DNA from: a virus
Lineage: Duplodnaviria > Caudoviricetes
IMG/VR virus record: IMGVR_UViG_2802428822_000002
Span: 1 to 64,000 of that record
Reading direction: 5' to 3' (one strand)
Length of the DNA: 64,000 nucleotides
The notes beneath the pieces were generated by a model that was not told where the DNA came from, did no database searches, and saw nothing but the letters and a program-made list of their open reading frames with translations. Shown here one piece after another: positions 20,369 to 29,985 of the stretch; position 1 is the stretch's first letter; every line of letters begins with the position of its first letter. A program made the position numbers and the translations under genes.

Positions 20369-20492
20369 GAAACAAGAGGCGATCCGAGTTGGGTGCCTCC
20401 AGGATCATTCGTCGCTCATCAATATCCAATGGGTTCCGGTGGCCGTTGCCTTCGGTATCACAATCGCTGTGACGCTCGGAATTATCCGATAG
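20310..20492 (+). CDS. small membrane protein
   Basis: 60 aa with C-terminal TM helix. Confidence 0.45.
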   Translation: MRLMKAIIGLVSTVRELRRKKQEAIRVGCLQDHSSLINIQWVPVAVAFGITIAVTLGIIR

Positions 20493-20527
20493 TCGCTTTC
20501 CAGTATCTCCCGAGAAAGGAGTCTTCT

Positions 20528-21406
20528 ATGCGAAAACTATGGATGATGCTTGGCTGCATCACTTTGCTTATGAGTGCGGCGCCTTCGTTCGCGTCGACAA
20601 TTCGACTTTGCACTGGTGCAGCCAACGGCAATTACTTCGCCGCGGGCGATATGATCAAGAATATGGCCGGCAGCGCCGTGGATATCGCCGTCGTGGAAAC
20701 TGGCGGTACGATCGACAGTCTTGACCGTATGTTGTCTCTGCTGAAAGACGATATCAAGGCGTGTGATGCCATGATCGGACAGCCGGATGGCCCTGTCTAC
20801 ATCTCGCGCAGTTCTCCCGCAAATGTGAAGAAAGTTCGGCAGGTCGCCAGTCTCCACCGGGAATACCTTCACGTGCTCTGCGGTAAGCAAAGCGGCGTCG
20901 ATGATTTGGGTGACTTGGAGAACAATCCGGAAAAATATCGCATCGCCATCGGAGAGCAGGGCTCTGGCGCCTGGCTAATCTGGCAGAACCTTGTTTCTGA
21001 AGATGAAGACTATGGCGCCGTGCCTGTTTCCAACGAAGGGGGCATTATGGCCTTGTCGTCTGTTTCGAGCGGCGATACCACGTGTATGCTCGTGCCGGCC
21101 GGTCTGCGCAACGGCACGCCTATGGAGGCGGATAGTACCTTCGGCGATACGGTCGCGCTTGTCGGCGCCAATGACAAAGATTTCGATGACGCCATCGATA
21201 TCAAAGGCAAGTCGCTCTATGAATATGCCAAGATCCCCGGCGAGGCTTACCCGAAGTCATTCAATTACTGGAGTGATGTCCAAACGATATCCTGGCTGGC
21301 CGGCGTCTATGTGAATACCGAACGCTTTGACCAGAAGACCCTTTCGACGTTCATTCAGGCGGCCACCCGTGCCGCCGGCGGTATCAAAGCGGAATTCGGT
21401 CAGTGA
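20528..21406 (+). CDS. TAXI-family TRAP solute-binding-like protein
   Basis: Signal peptide; CTGAANGNY, ETGGTIDSL, LHREYLH, IAIGEQGSG. Confidence 0.78.
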   Translation: MRKLWMMLGCITLLMSAAPSFASTIRLCTGAANGNYFAAGDMIKNMAGSAVDIAVVETGGTIDSLDRMLSLLKDDIKACDAMIGQPDGPVYISRSSPANVKKVRQVASLHREYLHVLCGKQSGVDDLGDLENNPEKYRIAIGEQGSGAWLIWQNLVSEDEDYGAVPVSNEGGIMALSSVSSGDTTCMLVPAGLRNGTPMEADSTFGDTVALVGANDKDFDDAIDIKGKSLYEYAKIPGEAYPKSFNYWSDVQTISWLAGVYVNTERFDQKTLSTFIQAATRAAGGIKAEFGQ

Positions 21407-21566
21407 TCGAGTTTCTGAGAAGGAGGCCGGCGCTATGATCCTTTCGGCGTCGGCGGTGCTCATCGCCATTCAGATCATTCTCCCAACTCTAGCGGATGCA
21501 ATGGTCGGTTCGGTACTTGTTGCCCTGGTTTGGCTGGCAACGAAGATCTAAGCGTTAGGTCCCGCT

Positions 21567-22223
21567 ATGTCGGTCGATCCGGAAAGAATGACCAGAGAGG
21601 CGCTTGTCTCATTGGTATATGATCTGCAGTCTCAAGTGGAAGCGCTACTCGAGTCTCGGCCTGCAAGTCAGGTGATGGAAATTCAAACTGTTTTCAAGTT
21701 GACGTCGATGGAAGCGAAGATCGTTTCCGCTCTCTTGGATGGGAGACCACATTCGAAGGAGTCGATCTATAACGCGGTCTACTTTGACAGCATGCGGGAT
21801 CCTCCGGAGATGAAGATCATCGATGTCATGGTCTGCAAGATCAGAAAGAAGATGTTCCCATTTGGAGTGAAGATCGAGACGATATGGGGCAGTGGTTATC
21901 ATCTCACAGATTGCGCTCGTGTACTATCGATCCTGAATGGAGAGGTTTCTGTCGAGCTGATTGCCGGTAATGCAGCGCCGATCCATCGCAAACACGGAGA
22001 GAATGAAAAGAGCGTCTTGTCAGTTCTGGTCGCGGAAATGAACGCAGATGGAAAGACAAAAATTGGTTCGCGTGTCCTGGCTCGAAAAGCTGGTCTAAAA
22101 GGTTCGCTTCTTCCTATCATGGCGAGGCTGGCCGAGAGTGGTGCAATCCTCGTCAAGAGTCAACCGACAAGGGGAAATCGCTTGGCGCCATGGATTGTTC
22201 ATGTGAAGGCGAGGGCGCTTTGA
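21567..22223 (+). CDS. OmpR/PhoB winged-helix protein resembling the CtrA DNA-binding domain, no receiver domain
   Basis: PEMKIIDVMVCKIRKK...IETIWGSGY versus CtrA PELKIIDVFICKLRKK...IETVWGRGY (recalled). Confidence 0.78.
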   Translation: MSVDPERMTREALVSLVYDLQSQVEALLESRPASQVMEIQTVFKLTSMEAKIVSALLDGRPHSKESIYNAVYFDSMRDPPEMKIIDVMVCKIRKKMFPFGVKIETIWGSGYHLTDCARVLSILNGEVSVELIAGNAAPIHRKHGENEKSVLSVLVAEMNADGKTKIGSRVLARKAGLKGSLLPIMARLAESGAILVKSQPTRGNRLAPWIVHVKARAL

Positions 22224-22879
22224 ACTGGCCTTTCGGTGATCTTAGGCCAATGTCATTCGGGCTTATCATGGCCGACCCGGCTTGGAGCTTTGACAATTGG
22301 AGCGTAGCTGGCGAAGAGAAGAACGCCAAAGCGCAATATGAGTGCATGACGACGGATGAGATAAGCGCACTACCTGTTGATCACCTCGCGGCCGGTGATT
22401 GCTGGATCTGGCTTTGGGCGACGCATCCAATGCTCGGAGATGCGTTTGAAGTTCTCCGCGCATGGAATGCGAAGTTTGTAACGAGTGGCGTGTGGGTAAA
22501 GAGGGGCCGGGACACAGAGAAGAAGCGCGGCAAGTTGGCGTTTGGCACCGGGTATGTCCTGCGGTGTTCGTCTGAACCATTCCTGCTAGCGAAGATTGGT
22601 GATCCACCGACTTTCAGCAAGAGTATCCGAACCGTGATCGAAGCGCCGCGCCGGCAGCACTCGCGGAAGCCGGAAGAGGCTTACAAGGTCGCTGAGACGC
22701 TTTTCGGCGACGTTCCCAGATTGGATCTATTCAGCCGGCAATCACGTGCTGGTTGGATGAACTGGGGAAAACAAAAGACACTTTTCGACGCCGGCGATCC
22801 GGTGTCTCTGAAGCGGGAGAAGACCGCTTCTGAGGAGCGGGAACTTTCACCCATGCCGCTCTTCGAACCGGCCGCGTGA
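22220..22879 (+). CDS. MT-A70 family adenine methyltransferase
   Basis: IMADPAW, WLWAT, GTGY, HSRKP, LDLFSR. Confidence 0.9.
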   Translation: MNWPFGDLRPMSFGLIMADPAWSFDNWSVAGEEKNAKAQYECMTTDEISALPVDHLAAGDCWIWLWATHPMLGDAFEVLRAWNAKFVTSGVWVKRGRDTEKKRGKLAFGTGYVLRCSSEPFLLAKIGDPPTFSKSIRTVIEAPRRQHSRKPEEAYKVAETLFGDVPRLDLFSRQSRAGWMNWGKQKTLFDAGDPVSLKREKTASEERELSPMPLFEPAA

Positions 22880-22905
22880 AAGCGGCAAAGCAGAAGGAAT
22901 ATCAG

Positions 22906-23181
22906 GTGAGCGCAAGCAAATCTGACATCGTCGATCGTGTCTCGGAAGAGACTGGCGTCTCTAAGGCCGTGGCCTCCAATATCATCACCAAGGCATTCGA
23001 CCAGGTCGCTTCGGCGCTGGCGAGCGACGGTGAGGTGAAGATCCATGGTTTCGGCAATTTTGTCGTCAAAGCGACCAAGGAGCGACAGGCTCGTAACCCG
23101 GCGACCGGAGTGACGATAACTGTGCCTGCAGGCCGCAAGGTGTCGTTCAAGCCGTCGTCTGATTTGAAGAAGGCGATCTGA
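22906..23181 (+). CDS. HU/IHF family DNA-binding protein
   Basis: IHGFGNF..RQARNPATG..VSFKPS. Confidence 0.93.
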   Translation: MSASKSDIVDRVSEETGVSKAVASNIITKAFDQVASALASDGEVKIHGFGNFVVKATKERQARNPATGVTITVPAGRKVSFKPSSDLKKAI

Positions 23182-23186
23182 CATCA

Positions 23187-23777
23187 ATGGCACGCAAACC
23201 GAAACTCACCGTAGTCGGCGGCCCAGGTCCGGCCGCCGCTGTCCCAGGCCACAATGGAATTTCTGAAGATCAGGCCCGCGCGCTTCATCTCAGCAATCAT
23301 GTGCCGGCGTATGAGCGTGCGCTGAAGGCTAAGAAGGAAGCTGATGCGGCCTTCAAGAACGTCTGCAAGGTTATTAAGTCCGAGGGTGGCAACGTCGACG
23401 ATATCAAGTTGACGATTAAACTTCGGACCCCGGAAGGCGAGAAAGAGTTCAAAGAACTTCTCGATCGGCAGCGTCGTGTCGCCGAGTGGAGCAATCTGCC
23501 AATCGGCTCCCAGGGTTGGCTTCTTGATGAAGATCGTCGACCCATCACTGAGCGAGCTGGAAAGGACGGCGAAAAAGCCGGCCTTGAGGGCAAAGATTGC
23601 GCGCCACCGCATGCGGCAGGCACGGAAGCTTATGATGCATGGGTGAATGGTTGGCATGCAGGCCAGGCAATGCTGTCTAGCGGCTTCAAGAAGGGGCCGG
23701 CTACCGAAGTTCTTCGCGACGCCGACAAATCTGCAGAAAAGAAGGTCGACGAGTTCGACCAAGCAGCAAGCGAATAA
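23187..23777 (+). CDS. hypothetical protein (GapR-like N-terminal helices; C-terminal W..GW..G motif)
   Basis: PGHN, KKEADAAFKNVCKVIKSEG; family is tentative. Confidence 0.55.
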   Translation: MARKPKLTVVGGPGPAAAVPGHNGISEDQARALHLSNHVPAYERALKAKKEADAAFKNVCKVIKSEGGNVDDIKLTIKLRTPEGEKEFKELLDRQRRVAEWSNLPIGSQGWLLDEDRRPITERAGKDGEKAGLEGKDCAPPHAAGTEAYDAWVNGWHAGQAMLSSGFKKGPATEVLRDADKSAEKKVDEFDQAASE

Positions 23778-23792
23778 ACGGAGGCGCCGGGA

Positions 23793-24521
23793 ATGGTCTA
23801 CGTCGGACTTGATGTCGCCACAACTACCGGCGCCACCGCTCACGTCGATGGCAAATATATCGCCACAAGTTTCAAAGCTGAAGCGCCCTACAAGCAGAAG
23901 ACCAAGAAGGAACGAGTAGAGGAAGCGTTGGGGATGAAAGTCTCATCTCTCGATGCGACGCTCACCGGTGCCGTCCTGGATGACTTCGAGCGCCGCCTCA
24001 CGATCTACTTTATCGAAGTCACGGAGAAGTACGGTCCGATCCTAGCTGTTGGGATCGAGAAGCCATTGGTTCCAAACCACGAGCGCACGAAGACTGTGGT
24101 GGACACGTCGAGCACTTGGGCGGGGAAAGCGGTTCGAAAGGAAAAAGTCGCTGGCACGAATGAAGCAACGATCCATCGGTTGAACGGGTTAGCTGCGACT
24201 GCGGCGAAGGTATGTGCGCGGTTGAATATTCCATGTGAATATATTGATCAGACGACATGGCGAAAGGACTTCCTTGGCAATGGCCGTCCCGGTGACAGCG
24301 AGACGTGTAAGAAGCTCGCGATGAAGACATGTAAGTCCATGGGGATTGATGTTCCAAACGCGGACGCGGCCGAAAGTGTGGGGGTTTGCTTCAGCCTGGT
24401 TCTGAAAAAGAATCCTTATGGCGGCAGGGCGAATGACCTGTTCGCTGCTAGGAAACCACTGCCGAAGACACCGGCACAAGAGGATGCGAGAGCTGCTGCT
24501 GAGGCCCTCTTCCAGAAGTGA
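23793..24521 (+). CDS. RuvC-like Holliday junction resolvase
   Basis: VGLDVATTTG, VGIEKP, TWRKDFLG, NADAAES. Confidence 0.7.
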   Translation: MVYVGLDVATTTGATAHVDGKYIATSFKAEAPYKQKTKKERVEEALGMKVSSLDATLTGAVLDDFERRLTIYFIEVTEKYGPILAVGIEKPLVPNHERTKTVVDTSSTWAGKAVRKEKVAGTNEATIHRLNGLAATAAKVCARLNIPCEYIDQTTWRKDFLGNGRPGDSETCKKLAMKTCKSMGIDVPNADAAESVGVCFSLVLKKNPYGGRANDLFAARKPLPKTPAQEDARAAAEALFQK

Positions 24522-24529
24522 GTATATGA

Positions 24530-25102
24530 ATGCGCCATACCTGGCAGACAATGAATTCCGATGAGAAGAAGAAGCTATTGAGCGAATTAGCTGCCCAAGG
24601 ATTGAGTGCCTCGCAGATTGCGGCGGAGATTGGCGGAACTTCGCGAAACGCCATCATTGGTTTTTGCCATAGAAAGAAAATTCCGCTGAATGGTTCGCGT
24701 GGAGGGCCGGGTAAAAGCTTCGACAGAAGAAACAATGTCGTCTCCATTAAGATTGCAAAGCCCAGACCCGCGAAACCGAAACTTACCAATGATCCAGCCG
24801 ATGTTGTAGCCCTCGGCCTTCAAGTTAAGCCGCAGGAGAAGAGTAAGTCAGGGCCGGTCAATATCTTCGGACTTGATTATTCGACATGCCGTGGGCCACT
24901 GAACGACAACTACAGGGGGGTGGAGCCGGAGTTGATGATGTTCTGCGGAGAGGTGGCGGAGCCGGATAGCTCCTGGTGCCGCGATTGCCAAAAGAAGTTC
25001 ACAATCAAACGGACCTTTCTGAAGAAAGTCGTCGACGAAGACGGTGAGCCAGTGAAGAGGCAGGAGAGGAAGAGGAAGCCATTTCAGCGATGGCTTCGCT
25101 AG
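24530..25102 (+). CDS. gcrA: GcrA family cell-cycle regulator
   Basis: GLSASQIAAEIGGTSRNAIIG..HR; C-terminal TCRGP..FCG..WC. Confidence 0.85.
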   Translation: MRHTWQTMNSDEKKKLLSELAAQGLSASQIAAEIGGTSRNAIIGFCHRKKIPLNGSRGGPGKSFDRRNNVVSIKIAKPRPAKPKLTNDPADVVALGLQVKPQEKSKSGPVNIFGLDYSTCRGPLNDNYRGVEPELMMFCGEVAEPDSSWCRDCQKKFTIKRTFLKKVVDEDGEPVKRQERKRKPFQRWLR

Positions 25103-25503
25103 ATGACTTCCCGATTAGCGACGTCCTCCGGTTCGTTCGGAAGATGGCGGACAAATCTTGGGATAAAGATGGTCGGCTGTATGAGGACGTCATCTCATGC
25201 CTGCCGATCCAAGAAGCAAGATTAGTCGGAGCCGCAGCGAAATGGATTGACGTGCTTCTGATTGCAGAAGTGAAGAACGATCCGACGAATGAATTCTCGA
25301 TAGATGAGATCCAATGGATGCTCCGGGAGAAGACTTACGAAATGAAGCAGCAGTCCGGAGATGAGAAACTCCTCGGTCTATGCGGGCGTGAATTGAGAAT
25401 GATGATGGAGCTTGAGATCCACTTTGATCGCTACGCCATGAGAGGCTCGCAGTCTGGATCTTCAAAATCTCGGTCAAATTGGAAGAAGGGCAAAAAGAAT
25501 TGA
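25090..25503 (+). CDS. hypothetical protein
   Basis: 137 aa in operon. Confidence 0.6.
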   Translation: MASLDDFPISDVLRFVRKMADKSWDKDGRLYEDVISCLPIQEARLVGAAAKWIDVLLIAEVKNDPTNEFSIDEIQWMLREKTYEMKQQSGDEKLLGLCGRELRMMMELEIHFDRYAMRGSQSGSSKSRSNWKKGKKN

Positions 25504-27551
25504 AACGTAAGATGCTTGTCGCTGATCTTCTATGTGGTGCTGGTGGATCGTCCACAGGTGCGCAGCGCGCACTCACAGAACTAGGCCTTGAGATGGAGTT
25601 GGTCTGCGTAAATCACTGGCCAGTCGCGATAGACACCCATCAGAGGAACCACCCTGAGGCCAGGCACTTCGTTCAGGACATCTCGACGGTGCGCCCGCAC
25701 ATCCTCGTGCCAGAAGGATATCTTGACCTCCTGATGGCCTCGCCCACGTGCACGCATCATTCCGTGGCGCGCGGCGGCAAGCCGACCAGTGACCAGCAGC
25801 GGAGCGACCCGTGGCACATCATCACATGGCTGACCGAGCTTCGGGTGAAGCGGATCATCATCGAGAATGTCTGGGAGTTCATCGGCTGGGGCCCGGTCAA
25901 CATGAAGACCGGCAGACCGATTCCGTCGAGAAAGGGTGAGTATTTCCACGCATGGACGGAAACGCTCCGGCGCCTTGGTTTCGAATTGGAGTGGAGGAAG
26001 CTGAACGCCGCAGACTTTGGCGATGCGACCACTCGACAGCGCTTCATCCTCATGGGCCGATCCGACGGTCGCAAGATCCATTGGCCTATGCCGACGCATA
26101 AGAAGCGTGACGAGGTGAACGTCGATCTCTTCGCCACCTCCAAGCCATGGCGCCCGGCGCGCGAGATCATCGACTGGCAGGTCAAGGGCCGGTCGATCTT
26201 CAACCGCAAGAAGCCTCTGGCACCGAAGACGTTGGCCCGCATCTATGCCGGCGCTCAGAAATTCGGATGGCCGGAACCGTACCTCGTCATCCTTCGCAAC
26301 CATATGGCCGCCCAGGGCATGGACCAGCCGCTGCCAACTATCGCGGCGAACGGCATGCACATCGGAATCGCGGAACCGGTCATCGTGTCGCCGCGCCATG
26401 GCAAGGAAGGCGCAGGGCCGCGCCCACGTGGGGTCGGGCAGCCCTTGCCAACGATCACCGCCGGCGGGAGCCAGATGGCTATGGCAGAGGCGGTTATTGT
26501 CAACATGAAGGGTCAATCGACGGCGACGGCAGCGAGCGAGCCTTTGCCGACACAGACGTCACACGCTGGCCACCTCTACACCGCCGAGCCAATCATTATG
26601 AACGGACGGAAGGGCAACAAGGCGGAGGGTGTTTCCGCAGGCTTGGTTCCTACGCTCGACACGAAGGGTGGAGTTTGGCTGGCGGAGCCAATGGTTCTTT
26701 CCCAGCACAACAGCGGCGCCGCGCGTTCCACCGGTGAACCGCTCCCAACCATCATGACCGGCGGTGCAGCCAGCGATCGTCCGGGCTGCGCAAGGCCGGC
26801 ACTGGTCGAGCCATTTATCCTTAACCGTCATGGCGATGGCTACGGTGAGACCCGGGCGCATTCAATCGGAGATCCCGCTCCAACAGCGAACTGCGATGGC
26901 GGTGGCTATCTCGTAGAACCGTTTGTCTTATCGCAAGCCTCGGGTGGTTCACCGCGTGCTGTCAGCGATCCGATACCCACGGCTCCTACCGGAGGAGCCC
27001 ACGCGCTCATCTCGCCCTACTACGGCTCTGGATCGGGTGAGACCTGCAATAGCGTCGACGAGAGTTTGCCGACGATTACCGCCAAGGCCCGTTTCGGCAT
27101 GGTCGTGCCGGTTACGAACTCGAACGGCGGAGCGAAGGCCCGCAACATCGACATTGATCCAGTGCCTACGATGACGACGGCCAAGGGTGGAGAGTTTGCC
27201 GCAGTCATACCTGTCACTCATGCAGGCGGCCTCGATCGCGTCACAGACGTTCTGCAGCCCTTGCCGACTGTCACTGGCGCCAATCGGGGCGAATTGGCCG
27301 TCGTCGAGCTTGGCGAGCAGTATGACATCCTCTTCCGCATGCTTGAACCACATGAGTTGGCCGCTGCCATGGGCTTCACAACCGAAGAATTCACCTACGA
27401 GTTCGCCGGAAACAAGACCGAGCAGATCAAGCAGATCGGCAATGCCGTATCCGTCAGGAAGATGAAGGCGTGCGTTGGCGCAATCATGGCTGACGCCGCT
27501 CCGAAGAAGAAGGCGACGGTTCCCTCTGAATTCCGTGAGGCCGCCGAATGA
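25500..27551 (+). CDS. C5 cytosine DNA methyltransferase with repeat-expanded variable region
   Basis: DLLCGAGG, ASPTC, IENV, TTRQRF, QIGNAV. Confidence 0.92.
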   Translation: MKRKMLVADLLCGAGGSSTGAQRALTELGLEMELVCVNHWPVAIDTHQRNHPEARHFVQDISTVRPHILVPEGYLDLLMASPTCTHHSVARGGKPTSDQQRSDPWHIITWLTELRVKRIIIENVWEFIGWGPVNMKTGRPIPSRKGEYFHAWTETLRRLGFELEWRKLNAADFGDATTRQRFILMGRSDGRKIHWPMPTHKKRDEVNVDLFATSKPWRPAREIIDWQVKGRSIFNRKKPLAPKTLARIYAGAQKFGWPEPYLVILRNHMAAQGMDQPLPTIAANGMHIGIAEPVIVSPRHGKEGAGPRPRGVGQPLPTITAGGSQMAMAEAVIVNMKGQSTATAASEPLPTQTSHAGHLYTAEPIIMNGRKGNKAEGVSAGLVPTLDTKGGVWLAEPMVLSQHNSGAARSTGEPLPTIMTGGAASDRPGCARPALVEPFILNRHGDGYGETRAHSIGDPAPTANCDGGGYLVEPFVLSQASGGSPRAVSDPIPTAPTGGAHALISPYYGSGSGETCNSVDESLPTITAKARFGMVVPVTNSNGGAKARNIDIDPVPTMTTAKGGEFAAVIPVTHAGGLDRVTDVLQPLPTVTGANRGELAVVELGEQYDILFRMLEPHELAAAMGFTTEEFTYEFAGNKTEQIKQIGNAVSVRKMKACVGAIMADAAPKKKATVPSEFREAAE

Positions 27552-27901
27552 GTGAAGTCCAAGATATCATCCGCCTCCTTCAATCGAGACGCTTCTCTCT
27601 GACCAATGAGAAGAAGCTCCAGGCAGAGATCGAGGTTGAATTGACCGCCTTCGGAATAGAGCATGAGCGTGAGTATCGGCTCGGTGCTGGCTCAATAATT
27701 GATTTCCTCGTGAAGGACTCGATTGGCGCCGAAATAAAATTAAAGGGCTCCAAGCTGAACATATTCCGCCAGGTCGAACGGTACACGGGCTTCGATGAGA
27801 TCAAGCGTCTTATCCTGGTGACAAACGTACCAATGGGTATGCCGCCACTCGTGAATGGCAAGCCTGTCTATGTGGTCAATCTTGCAAAGGCATGGCTGTA
27901 A
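27548..27901 (+). CDS. small PD-(D/E)XK-like protein
   Basis: IDFL..IGAEIK..QVERY. Confidence 0.6.
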   Translation: MSEVQDIIRLLQSRRFSLTNEKKLQAEIEVELTAFGIEHEREYRLGAGSIIDFLVKDSIGAEIKLKGSKLNIFRQVERYTGFDEIKRLILVTNVPMGMPPLVNGKPVYVVNLAKAWL

Positions 27902-28116
27902 TGAAACTCTATTTTTGCTGGGAGCGATCAATGACACGTCGGTGGTCTCCGGTTTGCTATCACGGTGAAAAGCCGAAGAATGAAAAGGTCTCAGACGGAG
28001 ACCGGCCATCGCGATCGACGATCCATGATGTACCTGACGACTGCGCAGATGTGGATGGAAATCCTCTCTTCGGCAGGCTTATCGCACGTTTCCCAGCACC
28101 GTCGGAGGCCATATGA
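27901..28116 (+). CDS. hypothetical protein
   Basis: Coupled ORF. Confidence 0.55.
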   Translation: MKLYFCWERSMTRRWSPVCYHGEKPKNEKVSDGDRPSRSTIHDVPDDCADVDGNPLFGRLIARFPAPSEAI

Positions 28117-28391
28117 GCGAATTCGGCCATTTCCACGCAACAGCCGCCGGTATCCACCTCGATACATGGGGCGCCGGTTCCTTCGAGATCATGACATCTG
28201 AAGGCATCATTTACCGCTTCGAGGTTTCGGATCGGTTTGGTCCCCAGCGCCTCGATGAGGATGGCGACATTGCCGATGAACAGTTTGGTGAAGGCCACGC
28301 CTTCTGGTCCGCATGGGGAAAATGGAAAGAGCAGGGGCGTCGTGTCGATGATGACGGCGTGAGGTGCCTTTGGGATGAGGAGGCCGCGTGA
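28113..28391 (+). CDS. hypothetical protein
   Basis: SD GGAGG, coupled ORF. Confidence 0.65.
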   Translation: MSEFGHFHATAAGIHLDTWGAGSFEIMTSEGIIYRFEVSDRFGPQRLDEDGDIADEQFGEGHAFWSAWGKWKEQGRRVDDDGVRCLWDEEAA

Positions 28392-29419
28392 TCATCCGCC
28401 TAACCCAACTTGACGGGAAACTGCCTAACTTGGCGCTGATGAAGCTTGCCGCATGGCATCGCTCGCGTGGTGATGAGGTGCGCTTCTTTGTCGGCGACCG
28501 GGGCGCAGAGCGGTCGTTTGATGAGCCGGAATATGATGCTGTCTATGCTTCAGCCATCTTTGAATTCAGCCAGCCATTGGTCGAGAAATTCAAAAGCCAG
28601 TGGCCCGGAGCAATGATTGGGGGAACCGGCTCCGGATCTCAGATCACCGTGGAAGACGTGATCGGTTCCGACTACGAGCACTACGATTATGTTGCCGCAC
28701 ATCGATCGTTCACTGCAAGCTTGGGCTTCACACAGCGTGGATGCCGGCTGAATTGTGATTTCTGCGTCGTTCCAGGCAAGGAAGGAAAACCGAGGTCTGT
28801 CAACATCATCGCCAATATTTGGCGCGGCCCGGGATATCCGAAGCATATCCACCTTCTCGACAATGACTTTTTCGGTCAGGCGCGTCCGGCATGGGAAGCA
28901 AGAATCGCGGAGCTTTGGGAAGGCGGCTTCAAGGTCTGCTTCAATCAGGGGATTAACGTTAGGGCACTGACCAGACCGGCTGCCGAAGCGCTCGCAAGCG
29001 TTGAATATCGTGACGACAGTTTCCGCCAGCGGCGTCTCTATACGGCGTGGGACAATATCGGAGACGAACGTGTCTTTTTCCGTGGAGTGAAGTTCCTGGA
29101 GGAAGCGGGCGTTCCGGCCAAACATCTCATGGCCTACATGCTGGTAGGCTTCGACCCATCGGAGACATGGGAACGCCTATTCAGCCGGTTTCGCACCATG
29201 ACGGCCCTCGGTATTCGCCCGTACCCGATGATCTATGGCGAGAAGCGCCGCACATTGCCAGCGGGCGGTATGAATGGAAATTTCGCGCGTCGCACGCTCT
29301 TCGATTTTCAAAGATGGGTGGTCACGGGCCTCTATCGTGCAGTCGATTTCGCCGACTACGACCGAAGCCAGAACCCGGCGCCGCGCAACAATCTTGATCT
29401 GTTTGGAGACGTGCGATGA
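28388..29419 (+). CDS. radical SAM protein
   Basis: RGCRLNCDFC (CxxxCxxC); PNLALMK; LLDNDF. Confidence 0.85.
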   Translation: MIIRLTQLDGKLPNLALMKLAAWHRSRGDEVRFFVGDRGAERSFDEPEYDAVYASAIFEFSQPLVEKFKSQWPGAMIGGTGSGSQITVEDVIGSDYEHYDYVAAHRSFTASLGFTQRGCRLNCDFCVVPGKEGKPRSVNIIANIWRGPGYPKHIHLLDNDFFGQARPAWEARIAELWEGGFKVCFNQGINVRALTRPAAEALASVEYRDDSFRQRRLYTAWDNIGDERVFFRGVKFLEEAGVPAKHLMAYMLVGFDPSETWERLFSRFRTMTALGIRPYPMIYGEKRRTLPAGGMNGNFARRTLFDFQRWVVTGLYRAVDFADYDRSQNPAPRNNLDLFGDVR

Positions 29420-29985
29420 TTTCGGTTGATCAGTTCAGATTTATTCAATCCGCCCTCGGGCAACAGGGAATGGATGACATTGCTTGGTCAGAGAATATTA
29501 AGCCGCCGGAGAGTGCAGAAGATTTCGCTTTTGAAGCGATTTTTGTAATCTGCAATTCCGGCATGAAGAATACCATTGCCCGTCGCATCTATGATCGCGT
29601 TGCGGAGCAGATATCGATCGGGAAGCCAGTCCGAGAAGTGTTCGGGCACCCGGGCAAGGCGGCGGCAATCGAAACGATCTGGTTGAACCGGGCTGACCTC
29701 TTTGCTCGGTACTTTACAGCAGCCGATAAAGTCGAGTTCTGCGCGTCCCTGCCGTGGATCGGCGGCATTACCAAATTCCATTTGGCGAAGAATTTCGGGG
29801 CCGACGTCGCCAAGCCGGATGTTCATCTGCAGCGCCTTGCCGAACGCGAAGGAGTCACTGCGCAATTGCTGTGTGAGCGCCTAGCGGAGGCCACCGGTTA
29901 TCGTGCGGCTACGGTGGATGTTCTCCTGTGGAGAGCTTGCGCAAACGGCATCATCAATTCTCGCACCGGTGAGGTTTTTGCATGA
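29416..29985 (+). CDS. HhH-GPD glycosylase-like protein
   Basis: LPWIGGITKFHLAKNFG..KPDVHL.R. Confidence 0.55.
   Translation: MISVDQFRFIQSALGQQGMDDIAWSENIKPPESAEDFAFEAIFVICNSGMKNTIARRIYDRVAEQISIGKPVREVFGHPGKAAAIETIWLNRADLFARYFTAADKVEFCASLPWIGGITKFHLAKNFGADVAKPDVHLQRLAEREGVTAQLLCERLAEATGYRAATVDVLLWRACANGIINSRTGEVFA

Noticed and set aside
25581-26516. Long antisense ORFs (also 46725..47606, 34144..34908, 50573..51373)
   Set aside because: Shadow frames of well-supported genes on the opposite strand in high-GC DNA
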